Part shown: positions 9,485-19,649 of the stretch, piece by piece | How positions within the stretch are numbered: the stretch's first letter is position 1 | Layout: each line of letters starts with the position of its first letter | NCBI GenBank assembly: GCA_045593025.1 | Contig: JAZNVW010000016.1 | Coordinates: 44,537-108,536 of the forward strand | Origin: Ruminococcus sp. | GTDB taxonomy: Bacteria; Bacillota; Clostridia; Oscillospirales; Acutalibacteraceae | Direction: 5' to 3' | Length of the DNA stretch: 64,000 nt | Notes under the pieces: model-generated | Told to the model about the DNA's origin: nothing | Databases searched by the model: none | The model's input: the letters and a program-made list of their open reading frames with translations, nothing else | Made by a program: the position numbers and the translations under genes

Positions 9485-11632
9485 ATGAGCATTACCATCG
9501 CTCTGGCGGGTAACCCGAACTCGGGTAAAACCACCCTGTTTAACGCACTCACAGGCTCCAACCAGTACGTAGGAAACTGGCCCGGAGTTACTGTTGAGAA
9601 AAAGGAAGGCAAACTTAAGAAAGACAGCTCGGTTATCATCACCGACCTGCCCGGAATTTACTCCCTCTCTCCCTATACGCTTGAAGAGGTTGTGGCAAGA
9701 AACTACCTTATAAACGAGCGTCCCGATGCTATTCTGAACATCGTTGACGGCACAAACCTTGAGCGAAATCTTTATCTTACTACTCAACTTATGGAGCTGG
9801 GAATCCCCGTTGTCATTGCCATCAATATGATGGACCTTGTCAGAAAAAACGGAGACATCATTGATACAGAAATACTTGGTAAGCGGTTGGGTTGCAAGGT
9901 GGTGGAAATTTCCGCTCTCAAATGCGACAGCATCGATGAAGCCGCAGATTTAGCCGTTGAAGCAGCAAAGAAAGGCTCGGTTACTCCCCGTCACATATTC
10001 TCAGGTGTTGTGGAGCATGCACTTGCTCACATTGAAGAAGCCGCCATCCACAATATGCCCGAAGACCAGCAGAGATGGTACTCTGTAAAGATTTTTGAAC
10101 GCGACGAAAATGTACTTGAGTTCTTAAGTCTTAACGAAAACGTTGTAAAGCATATGGAAAGCGACATAAAAGCTGTTGAAGAAATTCTTGATGACGATGC
10201 TGAAAGCATCATCGTCAATGAAAGATACAACTATATTGTCAGCATAATGCAGGTATGTTACAAGAAAAAACACAAGAACAAAACAACAGTGTCTGACAAA
10301 ATCGACAGTATTGTTACAAACAGGTTTTTGGCTCTGCCGATTTTTGCGGTGATAATGTTCATTGTTTACTATCTTGCCATCGGCTCAATAGGCAACTGGA
10401 CAGTAGGTTTTATGAACGACACTCTGTTTGGTGAGTGGATTATCCCTGCAGTAAACTCCCTGCTCGAAACCCTCAACTGTCCTGCGTGGCTAGTCGGCCT
10501 TGTGTCTGATGGTATTGTAAGCGGTGTAGGTGCGGTCCTGGGCTTTGTACCGCAGATGTTTATACTCTTCCTTCTGCTTTCACTTTTAGAGGACTGCGGA
10601 TATATGTCGCGTATTGCCTTCATTATGGATAAGCTTTTCCGCAAGTTCGGACTTTCGGGAAAAAGCTTTATTCCGCTGCTTGTAGGTGTAGGTTGCGGTG
10701 TGCCGGGAGTTATGGCTTCCCGTACAATCGAAAATGAACGTGACCGCAGAATGACAATTATGACAACCTGCTTTATTCCTTGCGGTGCCAAGATGCCCAT
10801 TATAGGTTTGTTTGCAGGCGCAATATTCGGCGGAAGCGGATTAGTTGCTGTATCTGCCTACTTTATAGGAATTGCCTCTGTTATTGTATCAGGCATTATC
10901 TTAAAGAAGACTAAAATTTTTGCAGGTGACCCCGCTCCCTTTGTAATGGAGCTCCCTGCCTACCACGCACCTGTAGCACGCAATATTTTCCGTGCTACCT
11001 GGGAAAGAGGCTGGTCCTTTATAAAAAAAGCCGGCACAGTAATCCTGCTTTCAACCGTTCTTTTGTGGTTCTTACAGGGATTCGGCTTTACTAACGGAAG
11101 TTTCGGTATGGTTGAAAGCAACGATGATTCACTCCTTGCATTCATCGGAAACCTTATTTCCTTTATTTTTATTCCCTTAGGCTTTGGCAACTGGCAATCA
11201 ACCGTTGCTACAATCACAGGACTTATGGCAAAGGAAGGTGTGGTTTCAACCTTTGGTGTGCTCCTTGACGTAGCAGGCGAAGTAAACGAAGCCTCATCTG
11301 CACTGCACTCAGCTGTTTCTCAGCACTTTGGCAATAACGGTGTTGTTGCTTTCAGCTTTATGGCATTCAACCTTCTGTGTGCTCCCTGCTTTGCGGCTAT
11401 GGGTGCAATCAAAAGAGAGATGAACAGTGCAGGCTGGACCTTCTTTGCCATAGGCTATATGACTGCATTTGCTTATGCTGTATCTTTGATGATTTATCAG
11501 TTCGGTTCCTGGTTTACAGGCGGCGGCAACATCATCGGTACCATAATAGCGGCAATCATACTTATATTTATGATTTATATGCTTGTGCGTCCTTACAAAG
11601 AATCCACACGACTTACAAAGAAACTCAAATAA
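9485..11632 (+). CDS. feoB: ferrous iron transporter B (GTPase + permease)
   Basis: 715 aa with G-domain motifs GNPNSGKTTLFN and DLPG, plus a polytopic C-terminal region. Confidence 0.95.
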   Translation: MSITIALAGNPNSGKTTLFNALTGSNQYVGNWPGVTVEKKEGKLKKDSSVIITDLPGIYSLSPYTLEEVVARNYLINERPDAILNIVDGTNLERNLYLTTQLMELGIPVVIAINMMDLVRKNGDIIDTEILGKRLGCKVVEISALKCDSIDEAADLAVEAAKKGSVTPRHIFSGVVEHALAHIEEAAIHNMPEDQQRWYSVKIFERDENVLEFLSLNENVVKHMESDIKAVEEILDDDAESIIVNERYNYIVSIMQVCYKKKHKNKTTVSDKIDSIVTNRFLALPIFAVIMFIVYYLAIGSIGNWTVGFMNDTLFGEWIIPAVNSLLETLNCPAWLVGLVSDGIVSGVGAVLGFVPQMFILFLLLSLLEDCGYMSRIAFIMDKLFRKFGLSGKSFIPLLVGVGCGVPGVMASRTIENERDRRMTIMTTCFIPCGAKMPIIGLFAGAIFGGSGLVAVSAYFIGIASVIVSGIILKKTKIFAGDPAPFVMELPAYHAPVARNIFRATWERGWSFIKKAGTVILLSTVLLWFLQGFGFTNGSFGMVESNDDSLLAFIGNLISFIFIPLGFGNWQSTVATITGLMAKEGVVSTFGVLLDVAGEVNEASSALHSAVSQHFGNNGVVAFSFMAFNLLCAPCFAAMGAIKREMNSAGWTFFAIGYMTAFAYAVSLMIYQFGSWFTGGGNIIGTIIAAIILIFMIYMLVRPYKESTRLTKKLK

Positions 11633-11645
11633 AGGAGCTGATAGT

Positions 11646-11843
11646 ATGTTACAATGGCTCAGTGCAAATATAGGCACTATTGCAGTATGTGCCGTATTGA
11701 TAACGATTATTACTGCAATCATCATTTGTCTTATCAGAAATAAAAAACAAGGCAAAAACTCCTGCAATTGCGGTTGCGGATGCTCAGGCTGTGCTATGAA
11801 GGACACTTGTCACCCTCAGGCAAACAAGCCTTCTGAAAACTAA
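11646..11843 (+). CDS. FeoB-associated Cys-rich membrane protein
   Basis: The ATG at 11646 follows AGGAG. One TM helix is followed by CNCGCGCSGC, as in the small Cys-rich proteins found downstream of feoB in Firmicutes. Confidence 0.75.
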   Translation: MLQWLSANIGTIAVCAVLITIITAIIICLIRNKKQGKNSCNCGCGCSGCAMKDTCHPQANKPSEN

Positions 11844-11868
11844 TATTTTCCTTTCTACATATTCATAT

Positions 11869-11919
11869 AAAGCAAACCTCACAAAGTCCGGTGTTTCATA
11901 CATCGGGCTTTGCTTTTTT
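11869..11919 (+). terminator. putative intrinsic terminator after the feo operon
   Basis: Outer stem AAAGCAAA/TTTGCTTT (11869-11876 and 11909-11916) followed by a T-run. Confidence 0.5.
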
Positions 11920-12021
11920 CTGCAGAATTTATGCTTTACACTGGACTAAACCGCAAATCTGTGATATTATAAAAATGATATTCAAAATTCTACGTAGCCT
12001 TTGCTACAGGGAGGAAATTAT

Positions 12022-12648
12022 ATGAATAAAGCATTCAGAGTTCTTTTCGGTATTTTGGCATTTATCCTGTGCTGTTCAATGCTTTTTACGTTGGCAGGAT
12101 GTAACAACGGTAAAAAGCCGGGCAGCAATCCCAACAACACAAATAACAACACTGTCACCGACACAAAAACTCACCAAAATCCTATTTATGACAAAGAAGG
12201 TAACGAAATTCCTCAGCCTTCTGACAATGACGAGGAAGGCTGGTTCTCTGTGGAGGTTGCCAACCAGTTTGCTGTTCCTTCTTTTACTCAACCTGACAAC
12301 ACAAAGGTTGTAACCAAACCCCAGCGTAACGAGCTGTATCTGAAAGGCGACAAAAACGCTTTCAAAAATACAGTTTTGTATGCTTTTCAGGCGGTAAGAA
12401 TCAACGATGCAGTTTATCTGCCCGAATTAGGAAAAGGTGAAGACGGAATCGCCAAGGTAACCGCTCTTAACAAAATCACTTACATTGATTCAAATACCCT
12501 TTTCCCCACAGGCGACATCACATCCATAAACCTTATTTATAAAGCAGGTCACAAAGCGTACGAGTGTGCTGTTTCTTATGATATTGATACAGAACAGGTT
12601 TACATAGCACTTAACGACAGAACCGAGCTTTACTACGACCTGATGTAA
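12022..12648 (+). CDS. hypothetical lipoprotein
   Basis: The ATG at 12022 follows GGAGG. Signal peptide and lipobox are MNKAFRVLFGILAFILCCSMLFTLAGC. Confidence 0.6.
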   Translation: MNKAFRVLFGILAFILCCSMLFTLAGCNNGKKPGSNPNNTNNNTVTDTKTHQNPIYDKEGNEIPQPSDNDEEGWFSVEVANQFAVPSFTQPDNTKVVTKPQRNELYLKGDKNAFKNTVLYAFQAVRINDAVYLPELGKGEDGIAKVTALNKITYIDSNTLFPTGDITSINLIYKAGHKAYECAVSYDIDTEQVYIALNDRTELYYDLM

Positions 12649-12671
12649 CAAACCTTTGAAAGAGGCTTAAT

Positions 12672-14309
12672 ATGGCAACTAAGAAAAACACAAAAACTTC
12701 TCAACCCAGACTGAGGTTAACAGTACGTCACGCACTGACAGACATTTATGTAATTCTTCTTTTTACATTCTTCCCTCTGTTCCTCTCAAATTATTACGCC
12801 GCCGCAAGACGCGATAAGTTCTGGTCTTTCATTATCATCACCGGAGCAATCGGTCTTGCTGTAGGAATTATCTCCATTGTAAATCATTTTACTAAAGACA
12901 ACCCTTATAACCAAAAGCTCAATACTTATCGCGACCCTTTTAAGCTGAGCATTACCGACATCGGCTTCTTTGCTTTTGCAGGGGTTTCACTTGTTTCTAC
13001 CCTTACAAGCGGAAGAATTCTGCACTGTCTTATGGGACTTTCCTCAGGTGCCAGTAACGGACGTAACATCGGTCTTATTACAATAATTCTCCTGCTTGGG
13101 GCATATATGATGATATCCCGTTTTTACTTTAATAAAAAGATTGTTTACTATTGCATCTTCGGCGGTATCACAATTCTGAGTTTCCTTGCTATTGTAAACT
13201 ACTACTATATGGACCCGCTGGGACTTTTCAAGGCTTACGAAGGCTCCTCAAACTATGATACAGTAATCAACGACTTCACCTCTACCATAGGAAATAAAAA
13301 CTATCTTTCTGCCATCATTTGCGTGTCTCTGCCCTTCTCCTTCGGTATGGCTGTTGCCACAGAGGACAGGATAATGAGAATCGTGGCACTTCTGAGCACA
13401 GGTCTGCAGTTTATGGGACTGATTGTTGCTACCAGTGACGGCGGATTCCTTGGTTGCTTTGCCGCTTTTGCAGTTATGGCTGTAGTTGTAAGCCGAAGCC
13501 GCAAAAAGCTTATGAGATATTGCATCAGCTTTGCCGTTATGATGGCTTCAGCAAAAATTCTTTGGCTTTTTGACCTTATTATGAAAGGTAAATCCAAGGG
13601 TTACTCCAGCTTTTCAAAGTTCTTTTTAAGCAGTAACTATGTATACATAATTCTTGCTGTGTTTGTACTTATAGCTATAGCACTTTATCTAACAGGCAAA
13701 GGCAAAGAAAGCGACGAGCTTCCCAAGGGCATCTTCTGCGGGTTGATTGTTCTTGTGTGCCTTGCGGTGCTTGGCTTTATGGGACTTATGATATACTACA
13801 CCTTCATCGATACCGCAACTCCCCTTACAGGCACAATGAAATTCTTCCGCTTTAATATGTACTGGGGTACTCACAGAGGCTATTTCTGGATAAACTCCAT
13901 TGAAGTTTACAAGGGGATGAACCTGTGGCAGAAGCTTTTTGGTGCAGGTCCCGAAACTTTCTACTTTATGTTTAAGCCTTATTTCTCTGAAATGAGCAAG
14001 CTGTTTAACGAAGGCTCCTGCAACGCGGCACATAACGTATACATCAACTATCTTGTAACTCAGGGTGCCTTGGGACTTGCTGCTTATCTGCTCTTTGTAG
14101 GCAGTACAATCGTGCGAAGCATCAAAAACTCAGGACACAATCCCCTTGCACTGATTTGTGCATTTGTAATTGTTGCTTATGCTGTTCAGGACGTTGTAAA
14201 CATTGCAAACCCTGTAAATGTTCCCTGGTTCATTATTTTCATAGCGCTTAATGAATCAACTAACCTTCGTGCAAACTCCACCTTGGAACTGCGCGAAAAC
14301 AACTTCTGA
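12672..14309 (+). CDS. O-antigen ligase/polymerase-like (Wzy_C-type) polytopic membrane protein
   Basis: 545 aa with about 12 hydrophobic segments. The loop with AHNVYINYLVTQGALGLAAYLLF resembles the Wzy_C signature. Confidence 0.65.
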   Translation: MATKKNTKTSQPRLRLTVRHALTDIYVILLFTFFPLFLSNYYAAARRDKFWSFIIITGAIGLAVGIISIVNHFTKDNPYNQKLNTYRDPFKLSITDIGFFAFAGVSLVSTLTSGRILHCLMGLSSGASNGRNIGLITIILLLGAYMMISRFYFNKKIVYYCIFGGITILSFLAIVNYYYMDPLGLFKAYEGSSNYDTVINDFTSTIGNKNYLSAIICVSLPFSFGMAVATEDRIMRIVALLSTGLQFMGLIVATSDGGFLGCFAAFAVMAVVVSRSRKKLMRYCISFAVMMASAKILWLFDLIMKGKSKGYSSFSKFFLSSNYVYIILAVFVLIAIALYLTGKGKESDELPKGIFCGLIVLVCLAVLGFMGLMIYYTFIDTATPLTGTMKFFRFNMYWGTHRGYFWINSIEVYKGMNLWQKLFGAGPETFYFMFKPYFSEMSKLFNEGSCNAAHNVYINYLVTQGALGLAAYLLFVGSTIVRSIKNSGHNPLALICAFVIVAYAVQDVVNIANPVNVPWFIIFIALNESTNLRANSTLELRENNF

Positions 14310-14336
14310 TTTCTTTAACAGAAAAATAGCATAATT

Positions 14337-14383
14337 AATATTCCTTCTGTGAAATATACTTTGCAGAGGGAATATTTTATTTG
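14337..14383 (+). terminator. intrinsic terminator
   Basis: 13-bp stem AATATTCCTTCTG/CAGAGGGAATATT with one mismatch, followed by TTATTTG. Confidence 0.6.
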
Positions 14384-14413
14384 CATAAAGGCTCAAAAAT
14401 ATGCTCATATTTA

Positions 14414-14442
14414 TTGACAGATTGAGCTCTTGGGTGTAAAAT
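14414..14442 (+). promoter_or_regulatory. sigma-A-type promoter
   Basis: TTGACA (14414-14419), a 17-nt spacer, then TAAAAT (14437-14442). Confidence 0.5.
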
Positions 14443-14487
14443 AAATTGTTCGCAAACGAAACTCTAATTTGTGAAAGGTTGATATTT

Positions 14488-15669
14488 ATGCATTACACAG
14501 GAGTAACCTCCAGAGGTATCATCTGCCCTATTTTTCAGCAGGGTGACGACCTGGTAGCAGCTATTGTAAAGAGTGTTACCGATGCCGCCAAGAACGAGGG
14601 CTTTGAGCTTCAGGACAGAAATATTATCGGTGTTACAGAGGCAGTTGTAGCTCGTACTCAGGGCAACTACGCTACCACCGACCAGATTGCTGCAGATATC
14701 CGTGCTAAATTCGGCGGTGAGGAAATGGGTATTGTATTCCCCATTCTCAGCCGTAACCGTTTTGCTATACTCCTGCGCTCTATCGCAAAGGGTTGCAAGA
14801 AGCTTTATGTTCAGCTTTCATACCCTTCTGACGAAGTAGGCAACTCCTTCATCACATACGACCAGATTGACGAAAAGGGAGTTAACCCCTACTCAGACAG
14901 CTTCAACGAAGAAGAATTCAGAGCTGTTTTCGGATATGATACAAAGCACACCTTCACAGGTGTTGACTACATCGAATACTACAAGAGCCTGGGCGACAAC
15001 ATTGAGATTATCTTCTCCAATGACCCCAGATACATTCTCAAATACACAAAGAATGTTCTCAACTGTGACATTCACACCCGTTTCCGCACACAGCGTCTCT
15101 TAAAGGCAGCAGGTGCAGAGAAGGTTTACAGAATGGATGAAATCCTCACAGAAAGCATTGACGGTTCAGGATTCAACCCCGAGTACGGACTTTTAGGCTC
15201 TAACAAGGCTACTGAGGACAAGGTTAAGCTCTTCCCCCGTGACTGTCAGGAGTTTGTGGACAGACTTCAGGCTGAGATGTTCAAGGCTACAGGTAAGATG
15301 ATAGAATGCATGGTATACGGCGACGGCGGTTTCAAAGACCCTGTAGGCGGTATCTGGGAACTGGCTGACCCTGTTGTTTCCCCTGCTTTCACTCCCGGTC
15401 TTGCAGGCAAGCCCAACGAGCTTAAGATGAAATACTTTGCTGATAACGACTTCTCCGACCTTTCAGGCGAAGAGCTTGCAAAGGCTATGAAGGAAATGAT
15501 TAAAGCTAAAGACGGCGACCTTGTAGGTAATATGCAGTCTCAGGGCACAACACCCAGACAGCTTACAGACTTACTCGGCTCTTTGTGTGACCTTACAAGC
15601 GGCTCTGGTGACAGAGGCACACCCGTAATTCTCATTCAGGGTTACTTTGACAACTACGCTACAGAATAA
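14488..15669 (+). CDS. CofE-like (F420-0:gamma-glutamyl ligase family) protein
   Basis: The ATG at 14488 follows GAAAGG. The N-terminal pattern (TSRGIICPIFQQGDDLV...IIGVTEAVVARTQGN) resembles the F420-ligase fold family. The assignment is tentative. Confidence 0.45.
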   Translation: MHYTGVTSRGIICPIFQQGDDLVAAIVKSVTDAAKNEGFELQDRNIIGVTEAVVARTQGNYATTDQIAADIRAKFGGEEMGIVFPILSRNRFAILLRSIAKGCKKLYVQLSYPSDEVGNSFITYDQIDEKGVNPYSDSFNEEEFRAVFGYDTKHTFTGVDYIEYYKSLGDNIEIIFSNDPRYILKYTKNVLNCDIHTRFRTQRLLKAAGAEKVYRMDEILTESIDGSGFNPEYGLLGSNKATEDKVKLFPRDCQEFVDRLQAEMFKATGKMIECMVYGDGGFKDPVGGIWELADPVVSPAFTPGLAGKPNELKMKYFADNDFSDLSGEELAKAMKEMIKAKDGDLVGNMQSQGTTPRQLTDLLGSLCDLTSGSGDRGTPVILIQGYFDNYATE

Positions 15670-15677
15670 TCAAACAA

Positions 15678-15707
15678 AACCTCTTCCGACTTCGGAAGAG
15701 GTTTTTA
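15678..15707 (+). terminator. intrinsic terminator
   Basis: 11-bp stem AACCTCTTCCG/CGGAAGAGGTT with loop ACTT and tail TTTTATT. Confidence 0.75.
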
Positions 15708-15804
15708 TTATCCCTTGAACAAGGGGTTGACTTTTTGATTTCAGCGTACTAAAATGAAGTTGCAGGAAACAACATCTGTTGTAAAAAACGAAAGGGTGAT
15801 ATTT

Positions 15805-16152
15805 ATGAAAAAGACTTCTATTCTTCTGGCGGTTGTTCTTATTCTCTCTATGCTTCTGTGTGCTTGCGGCGGTGGCGGCGGCAAGAACTCACTTATAGGC
15901 ACTTGGTCAGGTACACAGGAAGGGGTTTTAATCTCCATGACTTTCAACGAAGACAAGACAGGCAGTATGGCTGTTATGGGCGGTCTTATCAGTGCAGGCT
16001 TTACCTACACCGATGACGGTAGCAAGCTTGTTCTGACACCTGACGAAGGTCAGGAAGACTACATCTCTTTTTCAGAGATTACATACACCATTGACGGTGA
16101 CACTATGACCGTGACCGGCGACGGAGATACCCTGACACTTACAAGACAGTAA
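15805..16152 (+). CDS. hypothetical lipoprotein
   Basis: The ATG at 15805 gives MKKTSILLAVVLILSMLLCACGGGG, a lipobox signal peptide. Confidence 0.6.
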   Translation: MKKTSILLAVVLILSMLLCACGGGGGKNSLIGTWSGTQEGVLISMTFNEDKTGSMAVMGGLISAGFTYTDDGSKLVLTPDEGQEDYISFSEITYTIDGDTMTVTGDGDTLTLTRQ

Positions 16153-16166
16153 ACTTATAAAAAATC

Positions 16167-16207
16167 AAGCCTGGTGCAGTACAAAAACTGCATCAGGCTT
16201 TTTGTTT
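16167..16207. terminator. bidirectional intrinsic terminator
   Basis: 13-bp stem AAGCCTGGTGCAG/CTGCATCAGGCTT with one G-T pair and T-runs on both sides. It sits between convergent genes. Confidence 0.65.
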
Positions 16208-16640
16208 ACAGATATTTAGTCATAAGCAGAGCATCTTCCCGAGGATTTGAATAGTAACCCTTTCGCACACCTATCTCCTCAAATCCTGCTTTTCTGTAAA
16301 GATTTGAAGCAGGAATGTTGGAAACTCTTACCTCCAGAGTTACAAAGGTCAGAGAGTTTTCTTTTGCCTGTAAAAGCAAAGCTTCTGTAAGATTCTGTGC
16401 GATTTTTCTGCGACGGTATTCGGGCAGAACCGCCAAGTTAGTAAGACTGCCTTCGTCAAGCACCCACTCCAGAGCTATGTAGCCTGCAAGGGTGTCTTGG
16501 TCAAAAAATCCGAGCACACAGGCATTGGTGCTTTTGAGAAGAGCTTTCACAGTATCTTCGCTCCAAGGGCTCTGAAAACAGCTTTCTTCCACCCTGCAAA
16601 TATCCTTGAGATGTTCCTCGTTTAACTTTACTATGGTCAT
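16206..16640 (-). CDS. rimI: ribosomal-protein-alanine N-acetyltransferase (GNAT)
   Basis: 144 aa with the GNAT core (LAVLPEYRRRKIAQNL, TLEVRVSN.A..LY.K.GF). Confidence 0.8.
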   Translation of the reverse strand: MTIVKLNEEHLKDICRVEESCFQSPWSEDTVKALLKSTNACVLGFFDQDTLAGYIALEWVLDEGSLTNLAVLPEYRRRKIAQNLTEALLLQAKENSLTFVTLEVRVSNIPASNLYRKAGFEEIGVRKGYYSNPREDALLMTKYL

Positions 16641-17077
16641 ATTTCCTCTCTGAGCCTCTCTATAAGGATTCTTACAGCTTCTTCTATTTCTGCCCTACAC
16701 AGATTATAAACTCCCTGTGAGGCACCGTAGGGGTCAGATATACCGCCTTTATCTTCTGCAAGGACATATATCTTCTCAGAAGGCACCGAGTAAGAACAAA
16801 GCACCTCTTTGTGCTCCGGTGTCATCACTGCAACAAGAACATAATCGTCAATATTAATATCCTCAACAGATGTGGCTGTAAAATCAGAAATATCAATACC
16901 GATTTCTTCCAAAGCATTGACAGCGTTCTTTGATACAGGCAAACCTGTCAAGGTACATATTCCTGCAGAATCTGACACAAAGGGCAGGTTTTCCTTTTTA
17001 CATATATGATTAAATATCCCCTCTGCCATAGGACTGCGGCAGGTGTTGCCTGTACAGACAAAAAGTATCTTCTTCAT
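16637..17077 (-). CDS. low-molecular-weight protein tyrosine/arginine phosphatase
   Basis: P-loop motif ILFVCTGNTCRSPMAE. The ATG at 17077 (MKKILFV) avoids overlap with the polA stop at 17091. Confidence 0.8.
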   Translation of the reverse strand: MKKILFVCTGNTCRSPMAEGIFNHICKKENLPFVSDSAGICTLTGLPVSKNAVNALEEIGIDISDFTATSVEDINIDDYVLVAVMTPEHKEVLCSYSVPSEKIYVLAEDKGGISDPYGASQGVYNLCRAEIEEAVRILIERLREEI

Positions 17078-17090
17078 AGTGTTCCCTTCA

Positions 17091-19649
17091 TCAGCCTTTT
17101 GCATCATACCAGGTTGCACCCATTGAAGCTTCTGCCACCAAAGGAACAGACAGCTTCACTGCATTCTCCATTTCCTCCTGAAGCACCATTGCCGCACGCA
17201 TAGCCTCGTGAACGGGTGCTTCAACAATAAGCTCGTCATGAACCTGCAAGATGAGCCTTGATTCCATACCCTCTGCTCTGAGCCTTTCTTCAACTCTTAT
17301 CATTGCAATCTTGATGATATCAGCCGCTGTGCCCTGAATAGGCATATTACGTGCTACTCTCTCTCCAAAGGAACGTGTTATATGATTGGTTGCCGTTAGC
17401 TCGGGCAGGTAACGTCTTCTGCCGAAAATGGTTTCAACGTAACCTGTAATTCTTGCATTCTCAATAACGTTCTTCATATAAGAATCAACGCCTGAATAAT
17501 GCTCAAGATAATTCTTTATATACTCAGAAGCTTCACGGTTTGTAACCCCGATATCCTTTGCAAGCGAAAAAGCACCGATACCGTAAACAATACCGAAGTT
17601 TACTGCTTTTGCACGGCTACGCATCAGAGGGGTAACCATATTCACAGGCATTCTGAACACTTCGGAAGCCGTTACTGTGTGAACATCTGTATTATCAAGG
17701 AAAGCTTTGCGCATATTGTCATCCTTTGCAATATCCGCCAAAACTCTTAATTCTATCTGAGAATAATCCGCATCTACAAGAACACAACCCTCTTTTGCAA
17801 CAAAGAACTTTCTGAGTTCTCTGCCAAGCTCGGTTCTGACAGGAATATTCTGCAGATTAGGCTCTGTGGAGCTTATTCTGCCTGTGCGTGTTTCCTTCTG
17901 ATTAAAGCTTGAGTGAATACGTCCGTCTTCGGCAATAACCTTTGTAAGTCCTTCACAGTAGGTAGATTTAAGCTTTGCATAGGTTCTGTATTCAAGGATA
18001 AGTCCCACCACAGGATGATAGCTTCTCAGAGACTCCAACACCTCTGCATTTGTGGAATATCCGCTCTTTGTCTTTTTCTTTGCAGGAAGACCGAGTTTTT
18101 CAAACAATGCCACTCCAAGCTGTTTAGGGGAGTTTATGTTGAACTCGTAACCTACGCTTTCGTAAATTTCCTGCTCAAAGTTTTTAAGCCTCTCACCGAT
18201 GTACTCACCGTATTTTTCAATTCCCTCACGGTCTACCGCAAAGCCTGAGTTCTCCATTCTTGCAAGTACCTTTGCAAGAGGGAGCTCTATAGTATCAAGG
18301 AGAGTTTTCTGATTCTTCTCTAAAATTTCTTTCTGAAGCTTTTTTGACAGTTCAGGCAAAGCACAAAAAGCAGGGTCAACACCCTCACCCTCAACCTCAG
18401 GGACAGAAACCCTGTACTCAGCACAAAGACGCTCAGGGGAATAATCGGAGGAGGAAGGATTGAGTAGATATGCACCCAAGGACACATCAAACTGAGCTAA
18501 ATCAAGCTCTATACCCTGCTTGTCTGCATAAGCATAAACAGGCTTGCTGTCATAAAATACTTTCTTACCTGAAAAGCCGAGGAAGTCGCAGAAAAGCTTT
18601 TCATCTTCAGTAACGAAAACAGTCTCACCGGTATAGACGCAAAGGCGTGTAAACTTGCCCTCGTTAAACTTCACATCTGCTACAGCATCCTCAGTAATGA
18701 TAAATTCCTCTGCTCCCTTTACTGTCACAACCTTGATAGTTGGCACCTCTGCCTGCTTCTCAGTATTTGCAGGAGTAACTGCGTGAAGTCCGAACTTCTC
18801 AATAAGCTTGAAAAGCTCAAGACGTGCCATATATCTTGCTGCCTTTTCAGGCTCTGTCATATTTACTCTGTAATGTTCAAAGTCAGTATCAACAGGCACC
18901 TTGCGGAAAATCTCACCCAACATAAGGCTGAGATACGCATTGTCTTTGTCTGCTAAAAGCTTCTTTCTCACGGATTCTCTGATTTCAGCGGAATCAATGT
19001 TTTCATAAACGCCGTCAAGACTTCCGAATTTTGAAATCAGCTCACAGGCACCCTTAGGTCCGATTCCTGCCACTCCGGGAATATTATCTGAGGTATCGCC
19101 CTGCAAAGCCTTGATGTCAATAAGACGCACAGGCACAACCCCATACTCCTCCATAACCTTCTCTTTGTCATAAATCACCGCTGTGGGTGTTCCTTGCTTA
19201 GTGGAAGCAAGACGAACCGATACCTTGTCCGATACAAGTTGCAAAGAGTCCCTGTCTCCTGTTGCAATGACGCACTCATCACCCTGTTCTTCGCAACTTC
19301 TTGCAAAGGTTCCCAGGATATCATCAGCTTCGTAACCCTCACAGCTTACAATGGTATAGCCCAAAAGTACTAAAAGTTCCTTTAAGGGTTCAACCTGAGA
19401 AGCCAACTCCTCGGGCATACCTTTGCGGTTTGCCTTGTATCCCGAGTATGCTTTGTGACGAAATGTAGGCGCTCTTAAATCAAAAGCTATAGCTACAGCC
19501 TCAGGGTTAGTATCTGCCTTTATTTTCTCAAGCATTGTCAGAAATCCGTAAATCGCGTGGGTGTACTGTCCGTCCTTTGTGGTTAAAGGGCGGATTCCGT
19601 AATAAGCACGATTCAGGATACTGTTGCCGTCAACTGCCAATAATCTCAT
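17091..19649 (-). CDS. polA: DNA polymerase I
   Basis: 852 aa with an N-terminal 5'-nuclease (LLAVDGNSILNRAYY, GDTSDNIPGV) and Pol A motifs (DYSQIELRVLA, RSRAKAVNFGIVYG, QVHDEL). Confidence 0.95.
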   Translation of the reverse strand: MRLLAVDGNSILNRAYYGIRPLTTKDGQYTHAIYGFLTMLEKIKADTNPEAVAIAFDLRAPTFRHKAYSGYKANRKGMPEELASQVEPLKELLVLLGYTIVSCEGYEADDILGTFARSCEEQGDECVIATGDRDSLQLVSDKVSVRLASTKQGTPTAVIYDKEKVMEEYGVVPVRLIDIKALQGDTSDNIPGVAGIGPKGACELISKFGSLDGVYENIDSAEIRESVRKKLLADKDNAYLSLMLGEIFRKVPVDTDFEHYRVNMTEPEKAARYMARLELFKLIEKFGLHAVTPANTEKQAEVPTIKVVTVKGAEEFIITEDAVADVKFNEGKFTRLCVYTGETVFVTEDEKLFCDFLGFSGKKVFYDSKPVYAYADKQGIELDLAQFDVSLGAYLLNPSSSDYSPERLCAEYRVSVPEVEGEGVDPAFCALPELSKKLQKEILEKNQKTLLDTIELPLAKVLARMENSGFAVDREGIEKYGEYIGERLKNFEQEIYESVGYEFNINSPKQLGVALFEKLGLPAKKKTKSGYSTNAEVLESLRSYHPVVGLILEYRTYAKLKSTYCEGLTKVIAEDGRIHSSFNQKETRTGRISSTEPNLQNIPVRTELGRELRKFFVAKEGCVLVDADYSQIELRVLADIAKDDNMRKAFLDNTDVHTVTASEVFRMPVNMVTPLMRSRAKAVNFGIVYGIGAFSLAKDIGVTNREASEYIKNYLEHYSGVDSYMKNVIENARITGYVETIFGRRRYLPELTATNHITRSFGERVARNMPIQGTAADIIKIAMIRVEERLRAEGMESRLILQVHDELIVEAPVHEAMRAAMVLQEEMENAVKLSVPLVAEASMGATWYDAKG